A stretch of DNA of 64,000 nt from Macrostomum hystrix (lineage: Eukaryota; Animalia; Platyhelminthes), in the NCBI GenBank assembly GCA_950097015.1, contig CATNEN010000039.1, positions 12,958,001 to 13,022,000 on the forward strand. The letters are read 5' to 3'. The notes beneath the pieces are model-generated. The model made no database searches. It was not told the origin of the DNA and saw only the letters and a program-made list of their open reading frames with translations. Below are positions 33,441 through 46,945 of this stretch, piece by piece. Both the position numbers and the translations under genes were made by a program. The stretch's first letter is position 1, and the number at the start of each line of letters is the position of its first letter.

Positions 33441-34336
33441 CTTACAGCTATCAAATACAAGAAAGCATTCCCATGCACACACCTTTTCATTGTATTCATA
33501 ACGCAATTTACATTTTTGTCATCATAGAAGTAAAGCGTTGCATAGCTGCTTTAGTCGAATGCAATGGGTCGCAAGCGAAAGTGCTAATTGAATAAAAAAT
33601 AGATATGGACACAGAACAATGTCAACTGAATCCAATTGTTAGTTCTAGGCCCTTTTTTTACAATAATCCAATCTATAAGCGTAGTTTGTATTGATGAGGT
33701 CGCACGGGTGTAGTTGCTGCTGCTCTATGAATATTATTGACTATTATATAGTGATATAATAATTAGATTTCTTCCGGGTTAGGGGGGATTAATTGGAAAC
33801 AATGTCATCCCGTGAGCAATTAACGGCGCAAGCCAGCATTTTCACACCGCTAAAGAATGGAGAGTGTGAGCCCGGATCGTGATTGCAGGGCAGGGCAACC
33901 GCCGCGTACCTACTAATTCATTTTTCTCATCCTTCACCGCTAAAACACACAGAGTCGGGCTCGCGACCTTGGAAGCCGGTTTTTGTGAGGCTAGAAAGAG
34001 ATAGGAAAATTCAGGTTCTAATCAGTCCACGACGCCAACGGGGGGGGGGAGAACAATCAGCTGGGAGTTGCCTGACAGACATTCTTATGTCCCCTATCCA
34101 CTTGCTAACTTAATTCGAGGCTATCTTTGAGTGGCAGGCAAAGCCCTTGTCCTAAATATTGATTCTCGCAGTGAGATCCATCGCTTGCGATGTGACCCGA
34201 CCCGACCACTGATTCGAAACTTTTAAGTTAGCTTTGTCAGAAAGTCGATTTTCGTCAGCATTTGTTGTTTTGCATGAATGTTTGTCTTGATTTTGTAAGC
34301 CGCATTAATTTCTAGTCTAGTAGCCATTTTTATATA

Positions 34337-35219
34337 GTCTCATCTCTCCAGTGTCTCATCTCTCCCGTGTCTCATCTCTCCAGTGTCTCATCTCTCCCGT
34401 GTCTCATCTCTCCCGTGTCTCATCTCTCCCGTGTCTCAGCTCTCCCGTGTCTCATCTCTCCCGTGTCTCATCTCTCCCGTGTCTCATCTCTCCCGTGTCT
34501 CAGCTCTCCCGTGTCTCATCTCTCCCGTGTCTCATCTCTCCCGTGTCTCATCTCTCCCGTGTCTCAGCTCTCCCGTGTCTCATCTCTCCCGTGTCTCATC
34601 TGTCCCGTGACTCATCTCTCCCGTGTCTCAGCTCTCCCGTGTCTCATCTCTCCTGTGTCTCATCTCTCCCATGTCTCATCTCTCAAGTGTCTCATCTCTC
34701 CAGTGTCTCATCTCTCCTGTGTCTCATCTCTCCCGTGTCTCATCTCTCCCTTGTCTTATCTTTCCCGTGTCTCATCTCTCCCGTGTCTCATCTCTCTCGT
34801 ATCTTATCTTTCCCGTATCTCATCTCTCCCGTGTCTCATCTCTCCCGTGTCTCATCTCTCCCGTGTCTCAGCTCTCCAGTGTCTCATCTCTCCAGTGTCT
34901 CATCTCTCCAGTGTCTTATCTCTCCAGTGTCTTATCTCTCCAGTGTCTCATCTCTCCAGTGTCTCATCTCTCTCGTATCTTATCTTTCCCGTGTCTCATC
35001 TCTCCCGTGTCTCATCTCTCTCGTATCTTATCTTTCCCGTGTCTCATCTCTCCCGTGTCTCATCTCTCCCGTGTCTCATCTCTCCCGTGTCTCAGCTCTC
35101 CAGTGTCTCATCTCTCCAGTGTCTTATCTCTCCCGTGTCTCATCTCTCCAGTGTCTCATCTCTCCCGTGTCTCATCTCTCCCGTGTCTCATCTCTCCCGT
35201 GTCTCATCTCTCCCGTGTC
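34337..35219 (+). repeat. 16-bp minisatellite family B (gtgtctcatctctccc)
   Basis: Tandem units; same family in reverse orientation at 35739 and 52044. Confidence 0.97.
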
Positions 35220-35738
35220 CCAACTCTTCCATTACATCTCTGAATAATTTTACTGAATTTAGTCATCTTGTTATTCACAAGTGTCTCTCTGACTAATTCC
35301 ACTACAACTAGCCCAGACATTGCATTGAAACGCTTTTTCATGTTTGCCCCGAGATTAGTGGGCCGGATTTTGTAGAACTTCCTGGAACCGTAGGCGAATT
35401 TTGATGAATGACCTGAGCAGTGCAGCTAGTTAGTACACGCGCACACCTACCTGGAATGCATAATTTATTTATCCCAGCTCTCTGAAGTGCTTATTTGTCT
35501 GAGCCTTCGCACTCGGCAAGCAATTTCCGTCCCGCACACAGGGAGTCAATAAAGTTCCCGCCTTCTCAAAAACATTGATGCTTTGAGATAGGGGTCAGTT
35601 TCGCTCGGGAAATAGCAGGAAATTAATTTTCAACTTCAGTTATCAGTCAAGTCATGACGGCTGCGTCAAGTTTGTCCACTTTCGAGGAGAGATGAAACAG
35701 AATGATTTAAAGTATTTGAGATAAATGGCAGTTCATAA

Positions 35739-36398
35739 ATGAGACACGGGTGAGACAGGTGAGAGATGAGACACGGGAGAGATAAGACACGGGAGAGATG
35801 AGACACGGGAGAGATGAGACACGGGAGAGATAAGACAAGGGAGAGATGAGACACGGGAGAGATGAGACACGGGAAAGATAAGATACGGGAGAGATGAGAC
35901 ACGAGAGATATGAGGCACGGGAGAGATGAGACACGGGAGAGATGAGACACGGGAGAGATGAGACACGGGAGAGATGAGACACGGGAGAGCTGAGACACGG
36001 GAGAGATGAGACACAGGAGGGGTGAGACAGGTGAGAGATGAGACACGGGAGAGATGAGACACGGGAGAGATAAGACATGGGAGAGATAAGATACTGGAGA
36101 GCTGAGACACGGGAGAGATGAGACACGGGAGAGCTGAGACACGGGAGAGATGAGACACGGGAGAGATAAGACACGGGAGAGATAAGACACGGGGGAGATG
36201 AGACACGGGAGAGATGAGACACGGGAGAGATGAGACACGGGAGAGATGAGACACGGGAGAGATAAGACACGGGAGAGATGAGACACGGGAGAGATAAGAC
36301 ACGGGAGAGATAAGACACGGGGGAGATGAGACACGGGAGAGATGAGACACGGGAGAGATGAGACACGGGAAAGATGTGACACGGGAGAGATGAGATAT
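35739..36398 (-). repeat. 16-bp minisatellite family B, inverted
   Basis: gggagagatgagacac units. Confidence 0.97.
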
Positions 36399-37096
36399 GG
36401 GTTAGATGAGGTTTTGAATTCGAGACGTACTTGGGATTTCAATCGAGATTAAGATTTAACAAACGCAATCGAAAAGTTTCGAATGACTGACAGACGGGCT
36501 TCGATTCCATATCTGGTGAGCTCTGTTGCAGTCCTAGACTCAATCAATTCAACAATGCGAATGAGGCCGCTCAAGCAGCGAAATCTATGAATCGTGCTCA
36601 TAATTCCGCTCAATTTAGGCCGCGAAATTGTCCGGTCCGTCATCCAGAAATCCGAGAGCCTTTTGTGAGCCAGATCGAGAATACGATGCTAGCAGCGGGC
36701 GCTGATCGGCCAGATCCGCGTGAGAAGGAAATTTCAGGCTAAAAAATGTTCACTCCCCGCACAGTCAGTGTACGAGCAGCTTCTCAGTTCATTCAGTGTC
36801 CGCTCTGGTTTTGCACTGCAACTGTTCCTGAATGCAGCGGATCCCCTGTGGCTCGCCTCATCCGCAGCTCGCTACTATGCGAGGATTAATCATGCGAATT
36901 ATCTCTTCTCTTCCCCCCTCCCATCTCAAAATCTAGATCGCTCATCAGCCAAGGCGTTACATTCGCGACTTTCTTCGGGTTTGCTTCTTCCCCGTCTTGA
37001 AACTGCCGTTGCCTGGCGCTGCAGCCTGTCTGCCGAATATTGTTTTGAATTTATTAGCCGCTCAATTAAATTATCAATTGAATTATTTCTGTCTAG

Positions 37097-38414
37097 TAGA
37101 GAGACTGAAGGTCTAGAAGAGAGACTGAAGGTCTAGAAGAGAGACTGAAGGTCCAGAAGAGAGACTGAAGGTCTAGAAGAGAGACTGAAGGTCTAGAAGA
37201 GAGACTGAAGGTCTAGAAGAGAGACTGAATGTCTAGAAGAGAGACTGAAGGTCTAGAAGAGAGACTGAAGGTCTAGAAGAGAGACTGAAGGTCTAGAAGA
37301 GAGACTGAATGTCTAGAAGAGAGACTGAAGGTCTAGAAGAGAGACTGAAGGTCTAGAAGAGAGACTGAAGGTCTAGAAGAGAGACTGAAGGTCTAGAAGA
37401 GAGACTGAAGGTCTAGAAGAGAGACTGAAGGTCTAGAAGAGAGACTGAAGGTCTAGAAGAGAGACTGAAGGTCTAGAAGAGAGACTGAAGGTCTAGAAGA
37501 GAGACTGAAGGTCTAGAAGAGAGACTGAAGGTCCAGAAGAGAGACTGAAGGTCTAGAAGAGAGACTGAAGGTCTAGAAGAGAGACTGAAGGTCTAGAAGA
37601 GAGACTGAAGGTCTAGAAGAGAGACTGAAGGTCTAGAAGAGAGACTGAAGGTCCAGAAGAGAGACTGAAGGTCTAGAAAAGAGACTGAAGGTCCAGAAGA
37701 GAGACTGAAGGTCTAGAAGAGAGACTGAAGGTCCAGAAGAGAGACTGAAGGTCTAGAAAAGAGACTGAAGGTCCAGAAGAGAGACTGAAGGTCCAGAAGA
37801 GAGACTGAAGGTCCAGAAGAGAGACTGAAGGTCTAGAAGAGAGACTGAAGGTCTAGAAGAGAGACTGAAGGTCTAGAAGAGAGACTGAAGGTCTAGAAGA
37901 GAGACTGAAGGTCTAGAAGAGAGACTGAAGGTCCAGAAGAGAGACTGAAGGTCTAGAAAAGAGACTGAAGGTCCAGAAGAGAGACTGAAGGTCTAGAAGA
38001 GAGACTGAAGGTCCAGAAGAGAGACTGAAGGTCTAGAAAAGAGACTGAAGGTCCAGAAGAGAGACTGAAGGTCCAGAAGAGAGACTGAAGGTCCAGAAGA
38101 GAGACTGAAGGTCTAGAAGAGAGACTGAAGGTCTAGAAGAGAGACTGAAGGTCTAGAAGAGAGACTGAAGGTCCAGAAGAGAGACTGAAGGTCTAGAAGA
38201 GAGACTGAAGGTCTAGAAGAGAGACTGAAGGTCTAGAAGAGAGACTGAAGGTCTAGAAGAGAGACTGAAGGTCTAGAAGAGAGACTGAAGGTCTAGAAGA
38301 GAGACTGAAGGTCTAGAAGAGAGACTGAAGGTCTAGAAGAGAGACTGAAGGTCTAGAAGAGAGACTGAAGGTCTAGAAGAGAGACTGAAGGTCTAGAAGA
38401 GAGACTGAAGGTCT
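37097..38414. repeat. 20-bp minisatellite (gagactgaaggtctagaaga), about 66 copies
   Basis: Highly homogeneous tandem array. Confidence 0.98.
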
Positions 38415-39219
38415 GGGTTTCCAATAGTTTCTATGCTAAAATCTCATATGAGAGTAGTAATTGTTGGCTAATCATGATGCTGAGGTATTTTGCTGCATGT
38501 TGCTAATTATTAGTTTGAAAACGCAGCCAATTACACAAATCCGACAGTCTTTACGAGATTTTGAAGCTAGTCGCCGCAGCCAATGAAAACAAGAAGTATT
38601 TATTTACAGCAAGAGATCCACACACACTGCTTGCACTTCCTGCTGCACGGCTCTTATGGATGGTAAACATGAAGCTTTGAGCACAATTTCCGACTAATTC
38701 TTGGAATCAAGGCTATAAATTGGGATCATGAACGAAGTTGCCTGAACATTCTGAAATCTGTGAATAGCAATGTGAAATAGTTCATATGCTTGCATGCTGA
38801 GCTTGAAGAAACCCGGCCGGATCAGTCTGAGATTTGACGGCCGCAGTGATGACATCAGGCAATAAACCTGTCAACACAGAGCCCAGGCCTTGATGGGCTG
38901 ATGAACAGGAAGTCAGCCCTACTGCTGCGGGCTATTTACTGGGCTAGAGAAATTGGGAAGTCTAGAGATGGGGATTCTAAGATTACTATAATATTTCCCC
39001 GTCTGCCATTGCCTTTCTTACAGATACAGTCTCGCCTAAAAATGTTTCCATGCAGTCCCAACTTTTTTGATTGGTCAAAATATCGTAGCTATATAGAGCG
39101 GTAGCTGATCCAGCTTCAGGGAAATCTCAGGAAAGATATGGGAAATCTAAATAGAAATTTTCTACGAAATCTTAGCGAATATGTCTGGAAAATTGTTAAA
39201 AAATCATGGGAGATTATCT

Positions 39220-40295
39220 GGGAAATCTCAGGGGAGATTCTCAAAGAAATCTCAGGGGAGAATGTAAAGGAAATGTCAGGGGAGATTGTCAAGGGAGTCT
39301 CAGGGGAGATTGTAAAGGAAGTCTCAGGGGAGATTGTCAAGGAAGTCTCAGGGAAGATTGTAAAGGAAGTATCAGGGGAGATTGTCAAGGGAGTCTCAGG
39401 GGAGATTGTAAAGGAAGTCTCAGGGGAGATTGTCAAGGAAATCTCAGGGGTCATTATTAAGGAAATCTCAGGGGTCATTATTAAGGAAATCTCAGGGGTG
39501 ATTCTGATGGAAATCTCAGGGGAGATTATTATGGAAATCTCAGGGGAGATTGTCTTGGAAATCTCAAGGGTGATTCTGATGGAAATCTCAGGGGTGATTA
39601 TTATGGAAATCTCAGGGGGGATTGTCAAGGAAGTCTCACGGGAGGTTGTCAAGGAAATCTCAGGGGAGATTGTCAAGGGAGTCTCAGGGGAGATTGTAAA
39701 GGAAGTCTCAGGGGAGATTGTCAAGGAAGTCTCAGGGAAGATTGTAAAGGAAGTATCAGGGGAGATTGTCAAGGGAGTCTCAGGGGAGATTGTAAAGGAA
39801 GTCTCAGGGGAGATTGTCAAGGAAATCTCAGGGGTCATTATTAAGGAAATCTCAGGGGTCATTATTAAGGAAATCTCAGGGGTGATTCTGATGGAAATCT
39901 CAGGGGAGATTATTATGGAAATCTCAGGGGAGATTGTCTTGGAAATCTCAAGGGTGATTCTGATGGAAATCTCAGGGGTGATTATTATGGAAATCTCAGG
40001 GGGGATTGTCAAGGAAGTCTCACGGGAGGTTGTCAAGGAAATCTCAGGGGAGATTGTCAAGGAAATCTCAGGGGAGATTGTTAAGGAAGTCTCAGAGGAG
40101 ATTGTCAAGGAAGTCTCAGGGAAGATTGTCAAGGAAATCTCAGGGTCATTATTAAGGAAATCTCAGGGGTGATTCTGATGGAAATCTCAGGGGAGATTGT
40201 CAAGGAAGTCTCAGAGGAGATTGTCAAGGAAGTCTCAGGGGAGATTGTCAAGGAAGTCTCAGGGGAGATTGTCAAGGAAGTCTCAGGGGAGATTG
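39220..40295. repeat. 24-bp minisatellite (ggaaRtctcaggggagattgtcaa) with a 384-bp higher-order duplication
   Basis: Variant cacgggaggttgtc recurs at 39637 and 40021. Confidence 0.95.
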
Positions 40296-41120
40296 GAATC
40301 GAATGCACGATCGTACCATTTTATTCGTAATACAAAATATTATGCATGGACCATAAAAAAGTTTCATCTTAAAAACTTGATTTAGATTTCCTGCTGGTGC
40401 GCCTGCAGGTCAAACTTTGAGCAGGACTCAATCCGTGCAGATTTTTCTGGAGTTGAGAACTAAAAAAGGTGGAGAGGAAAACTTAGGAGAGAGAGATAGA
40501 AAGCAGCCAGAGAACTCATAAGGCCCTCTGAGGTTTAGTGGGACTTCAAAATCCCGGATGTTGCTTCCTGAGACCGCCCAGATCCCACGCGCCTCCTCAA
40601 AACCAGCTCACAAGCAGTCTCTCTCCTTTGGCTCGTTTGAGTCCCAGTTTCTTGTTAAAGAAGATGGAAGAAAAAGAAAAGAAAGAAAAGAGTTGCGGAG
40701 AGACGGCCCAGAGATGAAAAAATGTCAATCAATGGTCTCAACCGCTGGCTCAGAGTCTCCGGTCCACTTTTATTCGTGAGTACACACACAGATAACCTTC
40801 ATTAGGCAAGAGATAAGCTTAGAGAGCCATCAAGCAGTTGTGCACAGCACTGCAGACATAGCTCCAACATTTGACGAGGGGTTGGAAGGACCTCAAAGTC
40901 TACGTTGTTGGCTCTGAGGACGACAGGTCTCATCGGAAACCAATCCAATATCACCTTTTAGCAGGCAGGAAATTGCCCAGTTCAGTCAGTCCACAATGCT
41001 GAAGCAGAATTATGTGACAATTCAAAAGGTTTTCGCTGGCAAAGGTGCGACAGCTCAGCTCTGCAACCTCACTTGACTGGAAGCTAAAGTCTATCTTAAA
41101 TGATGGTGGCTTGCAAATAT

Positions 41121-41364
41121 GGTTGTCAGGTTCTGGTTTGAGGTTGTCAGGTTCTGGTTTGAGGTTGTCAGGTTCTGGTTTGAGGTTGTCAGGTTCTGGT
41201 TTGAGGTTGTCAGCTTCTGGTTTGAGGTTGTCAGGTTCTGGTTTGAGGTTGTCAGGTTCTGGTTTGAGGTTTTCAGGTTCTGGTTTGAGGTTGTCAGGTT
41301 CTGGTTTGAGGTTGTCAGCTTCTGGTTTGAGGTTGTCAGGTTCTGGTTTGAGGTTGTCAGGTTC
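41121..41364. repeat. 21-bp minisatellite (ggttgtcaggttctggtttga)
   Basis: Tandem units. Confidence 0.96.
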
Positions 41365-41904
41365 CAGTGGAACGTTGTCATGTTTCAGCAGAGTTTTAAA
41401 ATTTATTTTTAGATTATCTTGATTTTCAGTCCATTAAATTTGGTTAGTCAAATATCAGTCAAGGTTAATCGCGTCACTGGGACACTCCAATAGTACGAGC
41501 TAGGAAATGTATTTCTTGACGAAATCTCTCACAATCTTACGCCAAGGTCGTGGCGAATAATGCTTGTCGTGACAAAATTCAAAGTTAAAACAGATTTCCA
41601 GCTATAATCGGCTTTGTACTGGTCACGCGTGAGAGCTGACAGTAGGCACCGCCTTGACTAGAAATCCTTAGTGTCACTTAGTCCCAACGGATTTGAGAAC
41701 ATTTTGGGATTGGTTTGCGACAAAAAATTTTCCACCAACCTAATCTATTATCTGTGTTGTCTTCTTTGAAAAAAAAATTTTAACCAACGTTCTATGCTGC
41801 GCCTTTTCACTGCACCAGCAGGTAGTGACAATTTGACTTGCGTGTCACAGAGCCAAGTTCCAGGTTTGAGGCCATGGGAGGCTAACGGAGTGTCTAACCC
41901 TCAC

Positions 41905-42015
41905 CAAGGTCCTGAGCTCGATTTCACGGAAATGCCACATTCATTTTTGGGGCGCAGCCGCGGTGAGAAGGCTTGGGGGCTTGTCGTGCAATTTACGACA
42001 TTGAGGGCCAACTCC
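41905..42015 (+). mobile_element. 5' fragment of SINE family A
   Basis: ggcgcagccgcggtgagaaggcttgggggcttgtcgtgcaatttacg...ttgagggccaac matches 58941-59003. Confidence 0.75.
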
Positions 42016-42016
42016 C

Positions 42017-42743
42017 ATTCTGTTCTATTCTGTTCTAATCAACTTTATTCTATTCTATTCTATTCTATTCTATTCTATTCTGTTCTATTAAATTCTATTC
42101 TATTCTATTCTGTTCTATTCTATTCTGTTCTATTCTATTCTGTTCTATTAAATTCTATTCTATTCTATTCTGTTCTATTCTATGCTGTTCTATTCTATTC
42201 TATTCTATTCTATTCTATTCTGTTCTATTCTATTCTGTTCTATTCTATTCTATTCTATTCTATTCTGTTCTGTTCTATTCTATTCTGTTCTGTTCTATTC
42301 TGTTCTATTCTATTCTGTTCTATTCTATTCTGTTCTATTCTATTCTGTTCTATTCTATTTTATTCTATTCTATTCTATTCTGTTCTATTCTATTCTGTTC
42401 TGTTCTATTCTGTTCTATTCTATTCTGTTCTTTTCTGTTCTATTCTGTTCTATTCTATTCTGTTCTATTCTATTCTGTTCTATTCTATTCTGTTCTATTC
42501 TATTCTGTTCTGTTCTATTCTGTTCTATTCTATTCTAGTCTATTCTGTTCTATTCTATTCTGTTCTATTCTATTCTGTTCTATTCTATTCTATTCTATTC
42601 TGTTCTATTCTATTCTGTTCTATTCTATTCTGTTCTATTAAATTATATTCTATTCTATTCTGTTCTATTCTATTCTGTTCTATTCTATTCTGTTCTATTC
42701 TATTCTATTCTGTTCTATTCTATTCTGTTCTATTCTATTCTAT
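42017..42743. repeat. (TATTC/TGTTC)n pentanucleotide microsatellite
   Basis: Visible directly in the sequence. Confidence 0.98.
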
Positions 42744-43502
42744 CGAACTGAAAATGCCCTCCAACCTTCTATTGACCGACAGCCAGCGGTGCAAAACTAA
42801 AAGTGCAAAGTGCAAGGGGGTTTACTAACTCAAGTCCAACTCTTGCATCTGTTCTAGTCGACCTGTTCAAGAATCTTGAGACACGCAGAAATAAAAACAA
42901 CCGAACATCTAGAAATCTTGGCTGATCCCCATGGATCGAAGCAGGGGGGGGGAGAAGGCATGCTGGCTAGAGCTATGCAGATCAATCAATGAATTCAATT
43001 CACCTCCACTCTTCAATCCTAAAGCTGGATATTCGGCCTAGCAACCAACCCCCCTGCCCAACAACTGAATCAATACCCAGCAAGCTAGACAAGTTAGAAG
43101 ATAGGGAGTCCTGTTAGCATTGAGTCGTTATCATATTTTGTCATGTGTGCGCGCGAGTCGCTTTGCTTCTAGATCAGTCTGATGACATTACTGTCTATTG
43201 GATCATTGGGCCTGTCACATTGTCTGCACTTCGTTGCACAGATTTCATCGACTTTGCGCTTCGAGTAGGCGAGTTGTCTATTTTGCCACTTCAAGAATCT
43301 GGCTCGACACAATGTGCTAAGCTGGGGAATCCTAATTTTCTGATATTCTCTCCAAGTCGCCCTGATGAGCTCGCCCATGTCTCCCTAATTTCTTCCGGCC
43401 GAAATGAGAACCTGAGCAGTCTTATCCTACTGCTCACAAATTGGAGGACAGGCTCTGCCTACCCTGCATTGCTTCAGGGTAGCCAGTCTGGGAGGGAGCC
43501 TG

Positions 43503-43970
43503 TGAGACTGAGATTGAGAGGCTGAGATTGAGAGGCTGAGATTGAGAGGCTGAGATTGAGAGGCTGAGATTGAGAGGCTGAGATTGAGAGGCTGAGATTG
43601 AGAGGCTGAGATTGAGAGGCTGAGATTGAGAGGCTGAGATTGAGAGGCTGAGACTGAGAGGCTGAGATTGAGAGACTGAGATTGAGAGGCTGAGATTGAG
43701 AGGCTGAGATTGAGAGACTGAGATTGAGAGGCTGAGATTGAGAGGCTGCGATTGAGAGGCTGAGACTGAGAGGCTGAGATTGAGAGACTGAGTCTCAGTC
43801 TCTCAGCCTCTTCAATTGAGAGGCTGAGATTGAGAGGCTGAGATTGAGAGACTGAGATTGAGAGACTGAGATTGAGAGACTGAGATTGAGAGGCTGAGAT
43901 TGAGAGACTGAGATTGAGAGGCTGAGACTGAGAGGCTGAGATTGAGAGACTGAGATTGAGAGATTGAGAG
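43503..43970. repeat. 14-bp minisatellite (gctgagattgagag)
   Basis: Tandem units with a short inverted patch near 43792-43815. Confidence 0.95.
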
Positions 43971-44148
43971 TATGAAATTGAAAGGTTGAGATTGATTCTG
44001 CCTGGTTGAGAGGTTGAAAGTAGGAAATTGATATTGAGTGTGCAATTTCAGTTAGTATACCCAGAGTTAAATAAAAAGAGACGATAAATAAAGGGGAGAG
44101 TTGCAGCGGGTGTTGCCCGCAAGTCCAGGTTGTGAGACATAGTTCAGG

Positions 44149-44198
<50 letters not shown>

Positions 44199-44205
44199 CA
44201 ACAGC
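44149..44205. repeat. (GCA)n trinucleotide microsatellite
   Basis: Visible directly in the sequence. Confidence 0.95.
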
Positions 44206-44867
44206 CAGGCTAGGAAAGCTCATTCCCTGCTCACAGTCATGCAGCTGGGATCTGAGCACGCCTCAGTAAACTAAGGCGATATAGCTTGGTATCTGGGCGG
44301 AGAGATATTGCGGGCCAGGGGACCTTGGGGCCGACCCAGTGCAGCCATGCCGAAATACAATTTTACTCAGGCTCTCTTGAATTCGGGCCTCAGTGGAAGG
44401 TGCCACCCTGGTGGCCTGAACCGATCGCACTGTGTTATTATTAGTTTGTTGCCGGGCGTTGAGTCTGCTCGCTTCCTATCATCATCTTCTGCTCCACTTT
44501 TCTTCTTTCCTTTCGTGTTGCCAAGACATTCTAGTTTGCTCTTTTGAGAAGTGTGTGTGTGTGTGTGCCGCAACTTGCTTTGAAGCCAGAATTTAGATTG
44601 AAATCCGGCAATTTAATTTTATTTGGCTCGCAATTATTTTCTTGTGTCGAGGTGGTCAAACCGAGACAGGTGATTGACCGACTCAATTAGTTGCTAAGGG
44701 TGACACGGCCTGGCAAAATAGCCGCCTCGTTTGATTGCCACTGAGGACTTCTAGTTAGACATTTTCTAGTTAAGCCGAGGACAAAATACTTCAGAGACAA
44801 TCAGATTTTAAAGGTGTGAAGTGAGTTGGTAAGTGGCAAAAAAGTTTATGAATCTCGCTTAGTTTTA

Positions 44868-45880
44868 GAGGAGAGAGCGGAGAAAAAAGACAGGGCGGAG
44901 GGAGAGGAGAGAGCGGAGGGAGAGGAGAGGGCGGAGGGAGAGGAGAGGGCGGAGGGAGAGGAGAGAGCGGAGGGAGAGGACAGAGCGGAGGGAGAGGACA
45001 GGGGCGGAGGACGAGGACAGGGGCGGAGGACGAGGACAGGGGCGGAGGGAGAGGACAGGGGCGGAGGGAGAGGACAGGGTGGAGGGAGACGAGAGGAGAG
45101 GAGAGAGCGGAGGGAGAGGACAGGGCGGAGGGAGAGGAGAGGAGAGAGCGGAGGGAGAGGACAGGGCGGAGGGAGAAGAGAGGAGAGGAGAGAGCGGAGG
45201 GAGAGGACAGGGCGGAGGGAGAGGAGAGGAGAGAGCGGAGGGAGAGGACAGGGCGGAGGGAGAGGAGAGGAGAGAGCGGAGGGAGAGGAGAGAGTGGAGG
45301 GAGGGGAAAGGAGAGAGCGGAGGGAGAGGACAGAGCGGAGGGAGAGGAGAGGAGAGAGCGGAGGGAGAGACAGGGCGGAGGGAGAGGAAAGGGCGGAGGG
45401 AGAAGAGAGGGGAGAGGAGAGAGCGGAGGGAGAGGACAGGGCGGAGGGAGAGGAGAGGAGAGAGCGGAGGGAGAGGACAGGGCGGAGGGAGAGGAGAGGA
45501 GAGAGCGGAGGGAGAGGAGAGAGTGGAGGGAGGGGAAAGGAGAGAGCGGAGGGAGAGGACAGAGCGGAGGGAGAGGAGAGGAGAGAGCGGAGGGAGAGAC
45601 AGGGCGGAGGGAGAGGAAAGGGCGGAGGGAGAAGAGAGGGGAGAGGAGAGAGCGGAGGGAGAGGACAGGGCGGAGGGAGAGGAGAGGAGAGAGCGGAGGG
45701 AGAGGACATGGCGGAGGGAGAGGAGAGGAGAAAGCGGAGGGAGAGGACAGGGCGGAGGGAGAGGACATGGCGGAGGGAGAGGAGAGGAGAGAGCGGAGGG
45801 AGAGGACAGGGCGGAGGGAGAGGAAAGGGCGGAAGAAGAGGAAAGGGCGGAGGGAGAGAAGAGGAGAGAGCGGTGGAGAG
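44868..45880. repeat. Purine-rich complex minisatellite (gcggagggagaggaSagRg core, 18/23-bp units)
   Basis: Almost T-free strand with a recurring gcggagggagagga core. Confidence 0.93.
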
Positions 45881-46282
45881 GAGACAGCCGAAGGAGAGGT
45901 GATTTAGGAAGGTGAAACAGCTATAGTTTTAACCAGACATGAGTAGCGTCAGTAGCATATTGAACCTAAATGAAATTAAGCTCATTCAGTCGTGAATCAT
46001 TTAGAGTGAAGCCGCGGCTGTGGATCCGCTCGCACTTGCTGAAGGCAGATAAAAATGCGACAATGACTGCAACATCTGGCATTGCATTCCTCAGATATTT
46101 GGGAATATTGTTCTTTTTATAGGCATCGATAATTCATTGGTTGGTGGGAGAATATTTGCTAATGGCCATGATGTTGGTGCATAACTCTTTGAAGCTGGGA
46201 TATTATCCGATTTGTTGTTAAAAGAAAAATTTCTCGATAGATTTTTGCAGATTTGCTGATTGAGAAAATAACTGAGTAAGAA

Positions 46283-46763
46283 ATTGATACAGTGAGGGAA
46301 TGATAGAATGAGAGATTGATGCCTTGAAGGATTGATACAGTGAGGGATTGATAGAATGAGAGATTGATGCCTTGAAGGATTGATACAGTGAGGGATTGAT
46401 AGAATGAGAGATTGATGCCTTGAAGGATTGATACAGTGAGGGATTGATAGAATGAGAGATTGATGCCTTGAAGGATTGATACAGTGAGGGATTGATAGAA
46501 TGAGAGATTGATGCCTTGAAGGATTGATACAGTGAGGGATTGATAGAATGAGAGATTGATACAGTGAGGGATTGATACAGTGAGGGATTGATACAGTGAG
46601 GGATTGATACAGTGACGGATTGATACAGTGACGGATTGATACAGTGAGAGACTGATACAGTGAGGGATTGATACAGTGACGGATTGATACAGTGACGGAT
46701 TGATACAGTGACGGATTGATACAGTGAGAGATTGATACAGTGAGAGACTGATACAGTGAGGGA
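46283..46763. repeat. 16-bp monomer array (gattgatacagtgagg) whose first part is a 48-bp trimer repeat
   Basis: gattgatacagtgagg/gattgatagaatgaga/gattgatgccttgaag repeated about 5 times, then monomers. Confidence 0.93.
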
Positions 46764-46945
46764 TCGGTGAAGTGATAGGCAGGTAGAGAATCAGTGCGTC
46801 AGTCTAAAAGCACAGCAGGTGCACAGTGTAGTTGCTAAGCCGCTTCGATTTCGCAACTAAAATATATGCGTCGCTCTCGAGTGTTCATACGTAAATCTTC
46901 AGTTCGTATTTTTGAATAAATAAAAAAACTGAGAAGTGACGATTA

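Noticed and set aside
31892-36442. Long repetitive ORFs (up to 537 aa)
   Set aside because: 16-bp repeats open in several frames; cyclic translations.
43345-43412. Hammerhead ribozyme-like CTGATGA...GAAA
   Set aside because: Stems I and II cannot be formed convincingly.
44791-45915. Pro-rich / Glu-Arg-rich ORFs
   Set aside because: The near T-free purine strand (and near A-free complement) can barely form stop codons.
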